This document shows positions 13,801-27,300 of a stretch of DNA of 64,000 nt, in pieces. The notes under the pieces are model-generated. The model was not told the DNA's origin, made no database searches, and saw only the letters and a list, made by a program, of their open reading frames with translations. How positions within the stretch are numbered: the stretch's first letter is position 1; the number at the start of each line of letters is the position of its first letter. This stretch comes from Magallana gigas. Lineage: Eukaryota. The translations under genes were made by a program, and so were the position numbers. The stretch covers positions 43,710,001-43,774,000 of the forward strand of contig NC_088854.1 of the NCBI RefSeq assembly GCF_963853765.1. The letters run 5' to 3'.

Positions 13801-16800
13801 TGAGAAATATTATTACATGAAGATATTAGCCTTCGAAAGTCCTTTACGTAGATGTTGCAGGGCTCTGGAATACCCACACAGTCCGATGGGAGAGAACCCA
13901 CGTCAATGCCAAACATCAATTCTACGTTTTTATGAATAATTTGTCTTTTTTTCCCTGGGAAATAACAGTACAAAAAATCACTTTCACTGAAAGCATAAAT
14001 CGAATCCGATTACTCCATTTTAATAGTGCTCATTTATAATTCTAAATTTGTTGGCACTTTTGATTGAAGAATATAAACATTTTGTGAAGAATGACCGATT
14101 CATGTTCTGTTTAACTAATCTACGCGTCTTTTCAGAGAGACATAAACATAATTTAAAAGACAATGATATGAACATATTTGTTCATAATATTTCACACTTT
14201 GGTATATAGAAATTCTCTATAAAATTCATTCAGAGATAACACGAGGGAGAGAAAATAAAGAGAAAAAGTACAAACGTGAGGATACATTTACTATTGCAAT
14301 CCCTTAGGACATTGCAGAAAAAATTATACAAACAGAAAATTGCATTTTTTATGAATAAAGATATTAGAATTTAATGATACAGAATAATAATTCAAATCGA
14401 TCAGGAAAAATGTCGCTTTCTTACAAAATTTTATAAAAATCAACCATTTTTTGGTTGCATATAATAAATCTAATTTAGAAATCCGTCCATTATCATTTCA
14501 TACAGAGCATACTTAGTATCTAGTATAATGGCACACGTCGTCAACATAAAAATCGAAGTACTGAAAGCACTGAGAGATGGGGGTCTTTATATTTTGTTGG
14601 AATTACACAAAAAAAACACGTTTAATAATTGATGGACGTGGAGGGCACTGGCCTGTTCGGTCGATGAAAGAGATTAAGAAGAATTGACTTTTTTCATGTT
14701 GAAATTACATTTATACATAGTTTCAACTGAACATTATTGTAAACATAAATGTATAGCACCAATTAGCAACATCGTTGATAATTGTTAACAATTCTTTAAA
14801 ACTGTTTTCTTAGATTTGTTTAGAATTACAGCCCTGTCAGAACTAGCATACAGATTTTCCTTCCTTCCCTCCCCTCTAAACACTTTTAGGCCTACCATTT
14901 TATCAATTCCGGCAGAAGTATTTTAGTCGTGCCTGTTTTCCGAAATAGAAAATATTGAACACCAAAACATGCTAACAAAATATTACTCACTTTATCTTTT
15001 TATCTTGTTTTAAAAATTATTTCTTGGATACGTGGACTTGTTTTAGACCTGTTCGAATAAAAATATCTTGGAGTAACGGTGTAGCAATTGTTTTTTTTTT
15101 TTCATGCAAAATTAAAACCAAGTACACAATGAAATTACGCTAGTTCAGGAAAACAAATGTTCTTTTTTTGAATGAACTAATGGTATGGAAATGTTACCGA
15201 TATCGAAGCTTCAGACAATTCTTTGTTCTGTACATGGGAATATTGAATGTATATCCGACGTCAAAATGTCTGCTGTAAAATAAAATCTGGTGACTTCTGC
15301 CCTTATCCGGAAAACTATAGGTCTCAACGTATTGTAACAAATGTCTAAGGATATGTTCTAACCCATGCATGTCATGCACGTCATCTGCTTATATACAACT
15401 TGGTTATTTATAATTGATAAAACATTTTCTTTCTTTTTAGGTGATAAAACAATGGGCCTCCGGAAGATGGCGCTCGCGCACACTTCCGGCGCGGCCGGAT
15501 TCGTTTCTAGAGAGGGTAGCTATGGGAGGAACAGACGTCAAAATTGCTCAATCAGACAGAAAAGTCAGAAAACCGTCCGATATCAGGTGAGAATACATAC
15601 AATACATTCGTACCTATCACACATAATAGCACGAACTTCATAAAATACACGCACGATATATTACTGTTATAAAGAATTATCGACATCGTTTTTTGTATGC
15701 AAAATTCAATGAGAATATTTTTATCATCTGAAGACCTATGATATCAGATGAAAGGGATAAATTTATAGTCTGTCCCAAGTTATTGCTTCCATCACTTTTT
15801 GATGATTTTTAATAAAAATACACATACCTGTGAAAGAAATACAACTGAAATCGATGAAAGGGAAGTTATCAAAGATATCTTCATTGAACAATTATCATTT
15901 TTCACTCATACAAGTTCACAGGAACGAAAACAAATTTCTTACGGAGATTTATAATGGGAAATGCTTACATCTTTGTCCATTCGGAAGTACTCGGGGTAAC
16001 TCGCGCAATTTTTCAACGTTATCATCTGGGCTTATTAATGGCTGATGCATTGAAAAATCCCCGTAGATTTCTCTTTTTTTTTGGATGTGTATTGAAACCT
16101 GAAGTGGTAGAGGGGGCGTTTCAAAACAGATAATCTGGACATTTTTCATATTAGTGGATCAACGTAGTTTGAGCACAAAGGTATATATGATTACCAAAAT
16201 ATCAAGCAAAAACTAGGGACAGAGTATAAATGATATATCGAAATGTTTAGTAATTACATATAGTTTTTCTGTCAACTTTGAGGCATGCATTAGCAACGGC
16301 AACAATGGTGGTTTCATCAATTATGATGACAGTGAACATATTATCCGAACTCTGTTTATTCCAAATTTAATATCAACGAAAGTATCAAAGGAATCCATCT
16401 TGCAAGTATTTATTGCCCCTCTCTGGTATTAAAGACAAATTGAGCACACATAGTGGAGAAGGGTTATGTTCTGATTGCAAATGACACAGATTCAGTTGCG
16501 CAAGAGTAAATCATAACAAATTCCATTAAAGTTTGAAGTATGCTTGGCATGTATCTTCGGTAAATCAGTCCGATACGCTTTTACAATTAATTATAAGTAG
16601 AAGATATAAATCTCCGTGCATTAGATCCATTAGGGGCTTTCTAAGAACTGGCATAGTTTTACGATAGTAAATCTAGATAGAGGGAAGAAGCAACTCTTCT
16701 GCCTGTTTCTGTCAACCTCACTAGCAATAAAAATACCCACGACTAGGGCACTTTCACGGCACTCCAGAATTTAATTAATCAAGCGTTTTAATGCAAGCGC

Positions 16801-19800
16801 AATGGTTTGGTGTCAATGTCGCCTTCGCAGAGCTAAGAAGGAGGCGGTAACTCTGGCGTTTTGTCACCGTATCGATCGGGCCCGGGGTTAATCCATCATA
16901 CCTTACAGTCAACAATATTACTAAGCAAGCAAGGAAATAAGGAAGAGACAGGAAATTAAAGCTCCCGAAGCCGAGTCAATCGCGGCAATTATCATATGAA
17001 ATATACTTTCACTGTTCATCATTTTCATCAGACCGGGAGATTATCGAAACGAATGGTCTGTTCTAGGAAATACAGTTTGGTAACAAAGAACGGCGCCGCT
17101 TCCGCTTCCCTTTAGCATGAATGTGTGAAAAATTGCAATCGAAAAAAAAAATCAACAGCAACGGAGAGAGTACATAACCTTAATATTATCGATTCGATCA
17201 AGTTTTATGTTAAGGTAGCCACAGTTCAGATAGGTCAAAATTTTCCTTAAATTCGAACTTAGATATTTCTCTTTGATGTAATATTGAGGAATATGTTTTC
17301 TGTTCACATAGTTTGAATGTAGCCTTTAGACTTTCTTTAGGAAGATCAGATATTTGGTATTAAAATGTAAATTAATTGAAAAAATTTTTTACATTTTGAA
17401 ATACAGCTTTGTTTATGTTACTCGTTATAACGAGAAAAGACCTATATAAAATGTCGCGTTTCATTGTACAACATGTACTCAATGAGTATCTTTATGTAAA
17501 ATGGATGAACATATATTAAAAAGTTTATTTAATTAGTGAAAGAAATTTCAGAATAAGGAGCAGAGCAAATTAATAAATTAAGTGACTAATGTATTAAGGT
17601 ACCTCACTACACCTACACTTATACTTTTTAAGACACTACGTCACAAGATGGCGATTTAAATTAATGTTTTATTAAACTGTTAATATCGTTCGATTGGGTT
17701 GTACATCGTCGTAACTCAGTGGTTAAAGTATTTGACTTCTGAAGCGCAGATCATGAGTTAGAAACCTGTGGAGCTTTTTTTCATGTTAACCCAATTGAAC
17801 TTTAAAAAATGTATTTTTTCATCCAAAATTGCACAATTTTTTGCCTTTTAGACTTAAATACTTCTTATCCATTATGATATCTATCATAATCAAGTAATTT
17901 TCTGCTGATTTTAGAAAAAATTTCACGGTTTAGTGAGTCACCTTAAATAGATATGAAAGATAATTTGTTTTCAGACTTCAAAATGTTACATGTAATATAC
18001 AAAAACAATTTTTTCAATATAGGTTATATATATAAAACACATTATGGGACAAATCTCGTATATCCTTTGAAGCTAAATAGTAATCCGTAACTAATAGAAT
18101 TGTGTTTTTATGACTAGGACTACCTGATATTTACTTCGGAGAGGGATTGTAATGTACGTTGAAAAGCAATTATTCATATAAGTTAACATGTCAAATCCGA
18201 TCATCTTAATGTAGAAGTTAATAAATAGGCCTAATGATCGCTGTTATTTAAAAATAATCAAAATTGGACTAACATTTCTGGAATAAAAAAAAAGACTGAA
18301 AGGGTGAACCAATCGACTTAGAGGTCTAGGTATGAACAAGGAACACTTATTAATTATATATTTTTTCACAATAATAAATCGAATTATGTATTTTTATTAT
18401 AACGAGATATTTTCTCGTAATTATGAGATAATCAACTCGTAATAACGAGATCTCTTCTCGTTATTACGAGATCTTTTCTCATCATTACGACATCTTTTCT
18501 CGGAATAACGAGATAATTAACTCGTAATAACGAGATTTTTTTCTCGTAATTACGAGATATTTTCTCGAAATAATGATATCTTGTCTCTATGAATATTTAT
18601 ATGAAAAAATTATTTCCTATGAAATTCACAACAAAACTCTAAAAAAAAAATTTTTTTTTACGAAAAAAAAGGGAATTCGTGTCCCCATCCGTTGACCTTT
18701 TTATGATACAATTTCATTTAGAAGATCTTCAAATATATTAAATTGTGTATTTATAATTTTATGAACTTGTAGACTGCACGTTTTCATGATAAATGGAATT
18801 TTTGTAAAATGGTGCCCATACAGTACAATTCTGCCATTTGATTTATCTTTTTAAAAAATCCTTGTTGTATAACAACATATTACAGTGTAGATAGAATATA
18901 TCGAATGCTAATATACATATTTTAACTTATAAAATTGCTTTCAATCAATGAAAAAAAAAATGTTCAAATAAATCTTTGTAATAGAGTACAATACATATAT
19001 ATATGTTCCGAAAATAAATATCTATATGTAAACAATAACAAGACCCGCGCTTTGTTTACAGAAAAAAAATTAAATTCTGTATCTTGCTTTAAACTCAATA
19101 ACCGACTTTAAAATTTTGACGAAGCATTGAAAACACCCATATTAACCATTCTAGACATTAAAAAAAACTTTAAAAGTTTGAGCTCTAGGTCCCTTTATAG
19201 TAGCAGCCATTGTTTTGACAACTCTGTGTTTTGTGTATGTGACAGATACTGGAAGACGTTCGTGGTGGACCCCTCCCAGAGCTACTACTACCGATGGCTG
19301 TTCGTCATCTCCTTCGCCGTTCTCTACAACATCGTCATCGTGATCGCACGGTCCGTGTTCGCCGAGCTACAGACGGAGTACCTGGCCCTGTGGATGGTCC
19401 TGGATTACTTCAGTGACTTCCTCTATATCATGGATATGCTTATATCCATGCGAACAGGTACAGCAGATACATCAGAAGCGTATTTGATTTTGTTTTGAAT
19501 ACATATCGGCATTTCATTGAATAAAGCAAAAGGATTAAAACCAGGGTCTTGCTACAACCGACGAAATTTAAATGAAACTCAAGACTTCTATTGACAAAAC
19601 TATCAATATCTACACCATTCTTATTGGGTTAATCAGTATTTAAATTTGCAAAAGTAAATCCATTTACATGCGTAAGTTTAAAATAGGCTGTGTCATTTTA
19701 TATTGTTTGGAAAGCAACGTCAAAAGGTCAAATCTCTGAATTTTAAGAAAAGTAAGAATCAAAACTTGCCTTCCTTACAATCGCCTGATCCTGAAAAATG

Positions 19801-21294
19801 ACATATCTTATTTAGCTTCAATGCACCTTAATTCATATTCGCATTAAACCGCTATATAAGAGGAAATGTTAATAAACATGAATTAAGTTTGAATTCAAAT
19901 TCATAATTTCAGGGTACCTGGAGGAAGGTCTCTTGGTTCGGGATGCCCAGAAGCTCCGTAAGAACTACACGTCATCCTCAATGTTTATAGCTGATGTGAT
20001 AAGTATCCTTCCTACCGATATCTTCTACCTTGTCACCGGCATCAACTACCCCGAGTTCAGGTTCAACCGCATTGTGCGGTTCAACCGGTTATTCGAGTTT
20101 TTCAATCGAACAGCCACAAGGACTAGCTTTACAAACATGGTCCGTATCTTTAACCTCTTGTTGTACATACTCATCATCATCCACTGGAATGCGTGTATAT
20201 ATTTCGCCATTAGTAATGCAATAGGATTTGGCAGTGACAAATGGGTGTACCCGAATGTGAGCATCCCAAAATACCAACCTTTGACCCGGAAGTATATTTA
20301 TAGTTTCTATTGGTCCACTTTGACCTTGACCACCATTGGCGAGACTCCGTTACCTGACAGGGACGAGGAGTATTTGTTTGTGGTCGTGGACTTTCTAATA
20401 GGTGTACTCATTTTCGCCACCATTGTTGGAAATGTTGGCAGCATGATCACGAACATGAACGCAACACGTGCAGAGTTCCAGCAGAAAATGGACGGCGTGA
20501 AGCAATACATGGAATTCAGGAAAGTGTCAAAGGAACTAGAGCAAAGAGTTATAAAATGGTTTGATTATCTATGGACAAATAAGCAATCCCTGAACGAAGA
20601 GGAAGTTTTAGGTACGCTTCCGGACAAATTAAAAGCAGAAATAGCAATACATGTGCATTTAGACACGTTGAAGCGCGTGGCTCTCTTTCAAGATTGTGAA
20701 CCAGGCATGTTGGTGGACCTTGTGCTTAAATTGAAACTACAAGTGTTTAGTCCAGGTGATTACATATGTAGGAAAGGTGACATAGGTAAAGAAATGTACA
20801 TTGTTAAGCGGGGACAGCTAGGTGTGGTTTCGGACGACGGCAAACAAATATTTGCGACGTTGCGTGAAGGAAGTGTCTTTGGTGAAATAAGCATATTGAA
20901 CATCGCAGGAAATAAAAATGGTAACCGGCGAACGGCCAACATTAGGAGTATAGGATACAGTGATTTGTTCTGTTTATCAAAAGATGACTTATGGGAGGTG
21001 CTCACGCAATATCCGGATGCAAAGAAAATACTCATGGACCGTGGTAAACTCATTCTGCGAAAAGACAACTTACTGGATGAGGACTTGATGAAAAAGTTGG
21101 AGGCTCAACAAGAGACGACGGAACAGAAACTGGAACGGATAGATTCAAACCTGGACACTTTACAGACGAGGTTCGCCAGACTCCTAGGTGATTACAACTC
21201 CACTCAACAGAAACTGAAGCAACGAATCACAAAGCTAGAAAAACTCTTGGCACGTGACCACGATGACGTGTCCAATATATCTGCGTTAGAATGA
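10886..21294 (+). CDS. CNGA: Cyclic nucleotide-gated cation channel alpha subunit (CNGA-type), >=651 aa; 5' end may extend upstream
   Basis: Exons 10886-11101 (acceptor at 10868/10869), 15441-15586, 19246-19457 and 19913-21294; GT-AG, phases 0/2/1, total 1956 nt. Motifs: [25 protein letters not shown] (S1), pore [37 protein letters not shown], and C-terminal leucine zipper [24 protein letters not shown]. Confidence 0.95.
11094..11195 (+). repeat. Short tandem duplication of a CNG exon donor region (GGTCAGTGACCAATTTGA x3)
   Basis: Copies start at 11101, 11155 and 11178; the first two include the upstream CTTTACA. Confidence 0.9.
15768..16224. mobile_element. TA-flanked MITE (Tc1/mariner-like), copy 1
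   Basis: TIR-like ends GTCTGTCCCAAGTTATTGC ... GCAAAAACTAGGGACAGAG, flanked by TA. Internally homologous to 32071-32546. Confidence 0.75.
17598..17942 (+). mobile_element. TTAA-flanked TIR element with internal tRNA-like A/B boxes
   Basis: TTAA|GGTACCTCACTACACC ... GGTTTAGTGAGTCACC|TTAA (13/16 TIR match). A-box-like TAACTCAGTGG at 17712-17722; degenerate B box GTTAGAAACC at 17757-17766. Confidence 0.7.
18397..18587. repeat. Palindromic ~21-bp-unit minisatellite (ACGAGAT...TCTCGTAAT)
   Basis: About 9 degenerate units such as TAACGAGATATTTTCTCGTAA, each self-complementary (CGAGA/TCTCG). Confidence 0.9.
19913..21294 (+). CDS. CNGA: Large terminal exon of the CNG channel (S3 to pore, C-linker, CNBD, leucine zipper)
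   Basis: Covers the 453-aa ORF 19933-21294. Acceptor ttcag at 19912. G|GG TAC CTG GAG GAA GGT completes [11 protein letters not shown]. Confidence 0.97.
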
Positions 21295-24200
21295 AGGACA
21301 GGGGATTGTTTTTGATATTTATTGTGAATGGTGCCGATGGGAGATGTTTGGTTTTGCCAAGATGTCGATTTAACAATCAGCAGAGGACTGTGGAGTCCTG
21401 TGATCTGTTTATTGTAAGAAACATCCGCATTACCAAAGCAATACAACCGAGTGACGTCATACGATACTACCCTTATGTTGTGATTCCATACCATAGAAGA
21501 ACGGTTATGTTCACATCAACTGAACATTTACTAATGGACGGTCAGCGAAAATGGACAGCACGAAGTAATGGTTCAGAAATACAACACTATCTTTAAGTGC
21601 TCCGTAAAAAATGTAGGGAGAAAGAGTGCGCGAAAAATTCATGGTTTCTAATGTATAAAGAGTGGCTGGCTCGCTCTTTCCGTGAAATCATCTAGAATTG
21701 TGATATGCTTCTTCTACCAGTTCAATAAAGTAGAATCAATGTTTATAGACTATATATATAAAAAAGAAAGAAAATCTTTTACTACTAATTTTTTTTGCAA
21801 AATGCAAAAATGTTAAGGCACCAAAGAGCAATGAAAATAGTCTCTTTCAAAAGTTCCTCCGTAAATTTGTTTATATTTAGCGCGTATCATATTTGGCAGT
21901 AATATTCTCGATTTAGTGCAAGATATGTTCTGCCATGCGGGCTAAACACAATACACAATCAATTGCAATATGCCCAGATGTACATATAAACTGGGAAATT
22001 TTATCATGATATCTATTTAATTTCAACTTACTATCTTTAAACTTTCACTTATATGGCCAACAAACTTTAAAAATACATAGATGTAAATATTTATAAGAAA
22101 ACCTGATAATAGAGCATGTAAGAATAAATATATTTTTAATACAAGCCTTTTATTCGGGAAAGAGTAAGATTATTTTCTATTTAAGAAGCATGGGAAATCC
22201 TGAATGAATACACAAGTAAAAAAAACAAGTATTTTAAAACTACGATTTTGGACGAAATCCTATCAAATAATTTTCATAAAAAATCTTTTGCACTGAATGA
22301 ACAGCGTTAATTAATTTTCGAGTTTTCCCGGGAGAAATTAATGATATCTCCCATGCGAACAGAATTAGAAGATTTCTATCTTGTTGCCATTAATTTCATT
22401 AGGTACAAGAAAAAAAAATATTTAGATTCCTTTTTACTAGCTTTTGCTGAGAAAGACAAGAGACAATGTTATAAATTCCGACAACGTAAAACGAGCGAAA
22501 TACGGTTGCATTCTTTCTGAGTTGATACAGACATCCTATTCTAAGCAAGTTCATCTCCTCTCTAGAACTTATTCCCAATTGCTTTTCCTTTATTCATACA
22601 CTGTCTTGTCCAAGGAACATGCAATTAAACCCAGGTCTGTTGAATATCGTAGGAACAAACAATTCTTCCTTAGACAGTCTCCTTCATACAGTAGTGTCCG
22701 CCCTCTATAACCCCAATCAATACCAAAATGTGGTCGTTTTTAAGAAGACGCGTGCTATTGCTTATTAAAGCGATGCTATCAAGTTGCCGCCACCGGTCTA
22801 AATAAATTGTTTTCTGGCGTTGCCTAATCACTGTGCTCCTTCAGTCTTCATTACAGATCAAAGTGCATCTTGTTGAAAAATAATGACATCTAAACATGCT
22901 TGAAAGAAAATAATTAATTACAACAGTCAATATAATATTATTAGTTTTAATAGTGTATTTTTTATCATTTCACTGAGTTCTGTGTTTAACTTTTCATATA
23001 ATGGACCGAGTGCTTTATTCTGGGGTTAATAAGTTGATTAGAGTGTCTCTTCTGTGGAGAGAAGACAGCATGTACACAATGACAACAACCAGGTAACCAA
23101 ATGCTGTGTTATAATAAGATCTTGTCGCATTAATTTCTCAGGTTGTGGCGTTTTATCGGTGTACAAGACTGCAGAGTTCTCTAAATCCATGTTATCCATT
23201 CCGTTGCCGTGGCAACATGCGTGTTGGGTTTATTTTACCTGTGCGCTACTTTTCATTTTTTTTATTCTGTCAGACCATCCTCTTCTTCGCTTCATGTTAT
23301 TCCATTTTATGTAATTACGGTGTAGGAAATTCCCCACATCTGAATCAATATTGCAATTCTCCATTTTTCTATATAATTTCCTTCAAATACGTCTTTTAAG
23401 ACAAAAATTCCCCAGTGTGATTCTATTCTATTAATTCGTCCTAAATCGAAATTTTCTCATATTTACACGTTATAACTCGTTAGCCACTGAGGATTTTTCA
23501 GTTTCTCGTTATTTTTTAGTTATAAGTAACGTTTTGTGGCAACCCACTTTAAAAAATCAACGCACTTTGAAATTATTTTTTCAAAGTGCGTTATGAGTGT
23601 ACATCAACATTTTTCTCAATAAAGACACTTAACCAACTTTGAATAGAAAACATATATATCACAATGATTTAATTCTGTTTGTAACGCGACATTTGATTGG
23701 ATAGAAAAAATTAGTGAAATAACTAAACCTTTTCTTAAAAATATCCTGTATTAAGACAATTCAAAGTGCGTTGCAACAAACGTTCTTTGACCTTTCCTAC
23801 ATCAAAATTTATGATAAAATATTTCATAATCAAACCGTTATTAGATGAAACTACAATTATACATACGGTTAAATCGACTATTTGCGCTAACAATTCCATT
23901 GCCATCGAACACAATTCAGTACATAACAATTGTAACTAACCTTCTTTTTATTTATTTTTTTCTCATCAAATTGAGCAACGTAACAACATGAATACAACAG
24001 CTTAAATAATATCACAGCTTGTTATGTCTTAAAAGCCAGGTATAAAATAACGAAGCAATGTTTACAGATGTGAGATGTACATAACATAATATGTACCCTG
24101 CAAGCATTACCCAAAAATTTGCAATTTCTCGAAAATCACAAAGCTTTAAACAGATGTTCATTAAAATAATTTCTAAAGAGGCATCAATAAATCAAACTAA

Positions 24201-24364
24201 TTTTGAGGGTGATTTTTTTTTCATCTGAACTAAAACATTCTTGAATTGAATCCTGCCAATTTCAGTTTATTTTTCATTTCGATAAAAAAAAATTCTTCTA
24301 TTTTAAAGTTCATTTTTTTTTTATCAAATTTGACATGTTCGGTGGGATTAAGGTGGTGTCTTGT

Positions 24365-27300
24365 TTAGAAGAGTGTCCCTGAGCAGTAGCGGTCAGCGGT
24401 GGAGGAGTTCTGTGGCCCCTCCTCGGCCTTGACCTGGGGTGGTCCTGAACTGGCATACAAATACGTGTAGAGGATGAACACAATGAACAGAACGAGTGTC
24501 AGCACTTGTAACAGTATCAGGAGTCTGATGGATTTCTGTAGAGCGAGGTGGCCTTCCATTAGTGAGTCTACCTGTAAAATTAAATAATCTCAAATCTGAA
24601 GCTTAAATTATTACAATCCAATTGTGAAAAGCAATAAGAGTTGTATTTTTTTTTTATTTCATTAATTCAGTTCGCTGCAAAAATGTCCTATTATGAGAAT
24701 TCTGCATGTATAAATAGGATTAAACAAATTGTTACATTTTATCACCATTTTATTTGTAGAGAGAGAGAGTTACGTACTATGGAGTATATATAGCAAATCA
24801 ATTTTTGTACAGGATGACAAGAAAGTAATTTTGCTTCAATATGAGCCTATGAATAGCATTTACCACAAAAATAAGACTAATCGACGTTTTTAATCCATAA
24901 CTATTTTTGACACTGCAAAGAAAAATTGCAATTTGCTGTAGAATTTCAGACATGAAAAATGCAGCTCATATTGCTTTAAACTCCTGTTAATTTGCTATAA
25001 AAAATGCCATCTTTTTTAAGATAAGAATAAATCAATCATTGAATGACTCTGATAGATAAGAAAATCATTAACCGTAATGCTTCATTAAATAAAAAAAAAA
25101 TTCCACAGTATGCCAGAGGCAAACCAGATTCTGTTCGATGCATTGTGATTTCTTGTAACTAAATTAAGCAAAAACCTGCAACACGTATCAAAAGAATACT
25201 TATTACTTATTCACAGAGGGTGCTAAAATAACATAAACTCTAATATAATGTCATTTCTGGAGCATACAGAGTACAGATAAGGATCATCTTCCATTACATT
25301 AACTCCTAATAGATGTTCCCCCAGAGGGAGTCAGCACATTTACTGGGAAATAACAAAGTGGGGCATCCAGGAAAAGATAACCATTACGTAGCACTAAATC
25401 CAATGATTATTGCCCCTTTTGTTAAAAAGAAGTGGAAATGAATTCCTGAGAGAAAAAAAAAGTTCTCAAGCAGTGCAATTGGAGTAGTTTCAAACCTGGG
25501 AGTCTTTTTGTTTCTACTGAGTTTGCACTAATTACTCTTTGCTGAAATGACAAGATGCAGGATGAAAAAGGTTAATGACCAGAAATGTCATTGTAATCTC
25601 CTCTCTCACTAATGCTTCATGTTCATTTTACTCACTACAAGTAAATATGTTTGTTTGGTTGCCTAGGGAACGATGACATGCCTGCAGGACATTTCGTGGG
25701 AAAATCAAACAATCCTTAACAAATGATGGCTATAATTATTGGAGCCTCCAACACAATGATATGGGCTATGTGTTCAGTCATATCTATTTACATTTCGACA
25801 AAGACAGACATTTATCAATATCAAACATTTTAAATTGGCTGCTCCAACTTGTTGTATTAGGTAAAAATATTTCCGGTTATTTGAAAATCTGATAATTGAA
25901 ATCAAAATTACACAAATCATTGTACTGTAATTAGAAATATCAAACAACAAAATATCATGCTCAGGTATTCTGAGAATCGAGATCAATAAGTGATTTTTGA
26001 CCTTCGTGGAATTGACCTAGAGTCATAACAAGGTCACAGGCTTCAGATAATCCTCTGTACAGCTCTGAAGGCAAACTGTTACCGCTACCTACAGTTCTAT
26101 GATGGTTATATTGATTTTAAAGTCTTTAAATAAAAAATCTAAAAAAAAAAAAAACAATTAAAAGCTCTTTCCTCTTTGACATGAAAAAGCTTGCTGATCA
26201 ATATCCACCATCATGCCTCTCCTAACACAGAATGCATGCACACATTATTACAGGCACAATTCAGAAATTTTCCCTGGAGGGAAGGGGGTGTCTATGACCT
26301 TCTTTAGGTAACTCTAATATACAAATTTAACAAATCTGAATCGTGTATTCCTTTCCCATTGGGGACTGAAGTTGCCCCCCCCCCCCTTCTTATTTCCTCC
26401 ACTGGATCTATACATATATTATCTGCTGTCACTGTTACAAGAATGGTACATACCTTGGAGTTGAGGGCTGTAATCTGGTCATCAGCAGAGAGAACGGATA
26501 CCGTGTCACTGGAGTATCTGCTGTCCGAACGCTTCACTTGCACACAGCGTAACCTACAACAGAATTCACTGTTAAGTGTTTTTTTGTGAAACTACCAAAA
26601 TATAAAGAAGACTTTAAAAAATACAGTAACTCCTTGCTATAATGCCCATATTTCCCCTTTACTTTCATAGACCCAATTTCCTTCCTTTATATAGAACACA
26701 ACTATAAGGCTTTTCCTCTGTATCTGCTAATATGTTGCTGACCCAGTTTTTTTTTTTTTGGGGGGGGGGGGCTATTTTTTTTTCTTTTCCCCTCTTCTTT
26801 CATGATAAATTTTTAAGGTTCCAGTGATCAGAAATATCAAATTGACATAAATGAATAAATGTATGTACATGTTTAATAACTATAATTGTAGCACAGGTTC
26901 CACTTAATCTGATAGCAGTTAAACTGATATTTCAGTTGTTCTGTTATAATAACAAAACACAAAACCATTTCTTATGCATCTCTTTTTTCTGATGATCTGA
27001 TTAAAAAAATTTCATTTTTGGTAAATGTGATAGGATTGTGACCGTGTGATAATGCTATAGGGTCCAGATATAAAATTTCATTGGAACATTGTATCTTTTT
27101 GTACCTATGATCCATGATGTTTTCCCTGGGAACAGTTTTCCAGTACTCAGACATATTATCCGGGGGATCACCATTAAGTTCTACAGCCATGATCAAGAAT
27201 TTGTCTTTGTCCACTCCAAGATGATGTTCTGAAACATGGAAGATATGGGCTATTAATTATCTCATTACATACTTTACAGAATAAGATGTTGCAATACTAC

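Noticed and set aside
16885-16895. TAATCC (Otx/Crx-type) motif in a CpG-rich patch of a CNG intron
   Set aside because: A 6-mer is expected many times by chance in 64 kb; no conservation data available.
18397-18587. Palindromic repeats superficially like a CRISPR array
   Set aside because: No unique spacers, degenerate units, eukaryotic intron, no cas genes.
20030-21494. Several antisense or alternative-frame ORFs inside the CNG last exon
   Set aside because: Expected shadows of a GC-richer coding exon.
21291-21596. 101-aa ORF overlapping the CNG stop codon (ATGA), operon-like
   Set aside because: Eukaryotic 3' UTR context with no recognisable homology. Readthrough of the CNG stop would add only 6 codons before the next TGA.
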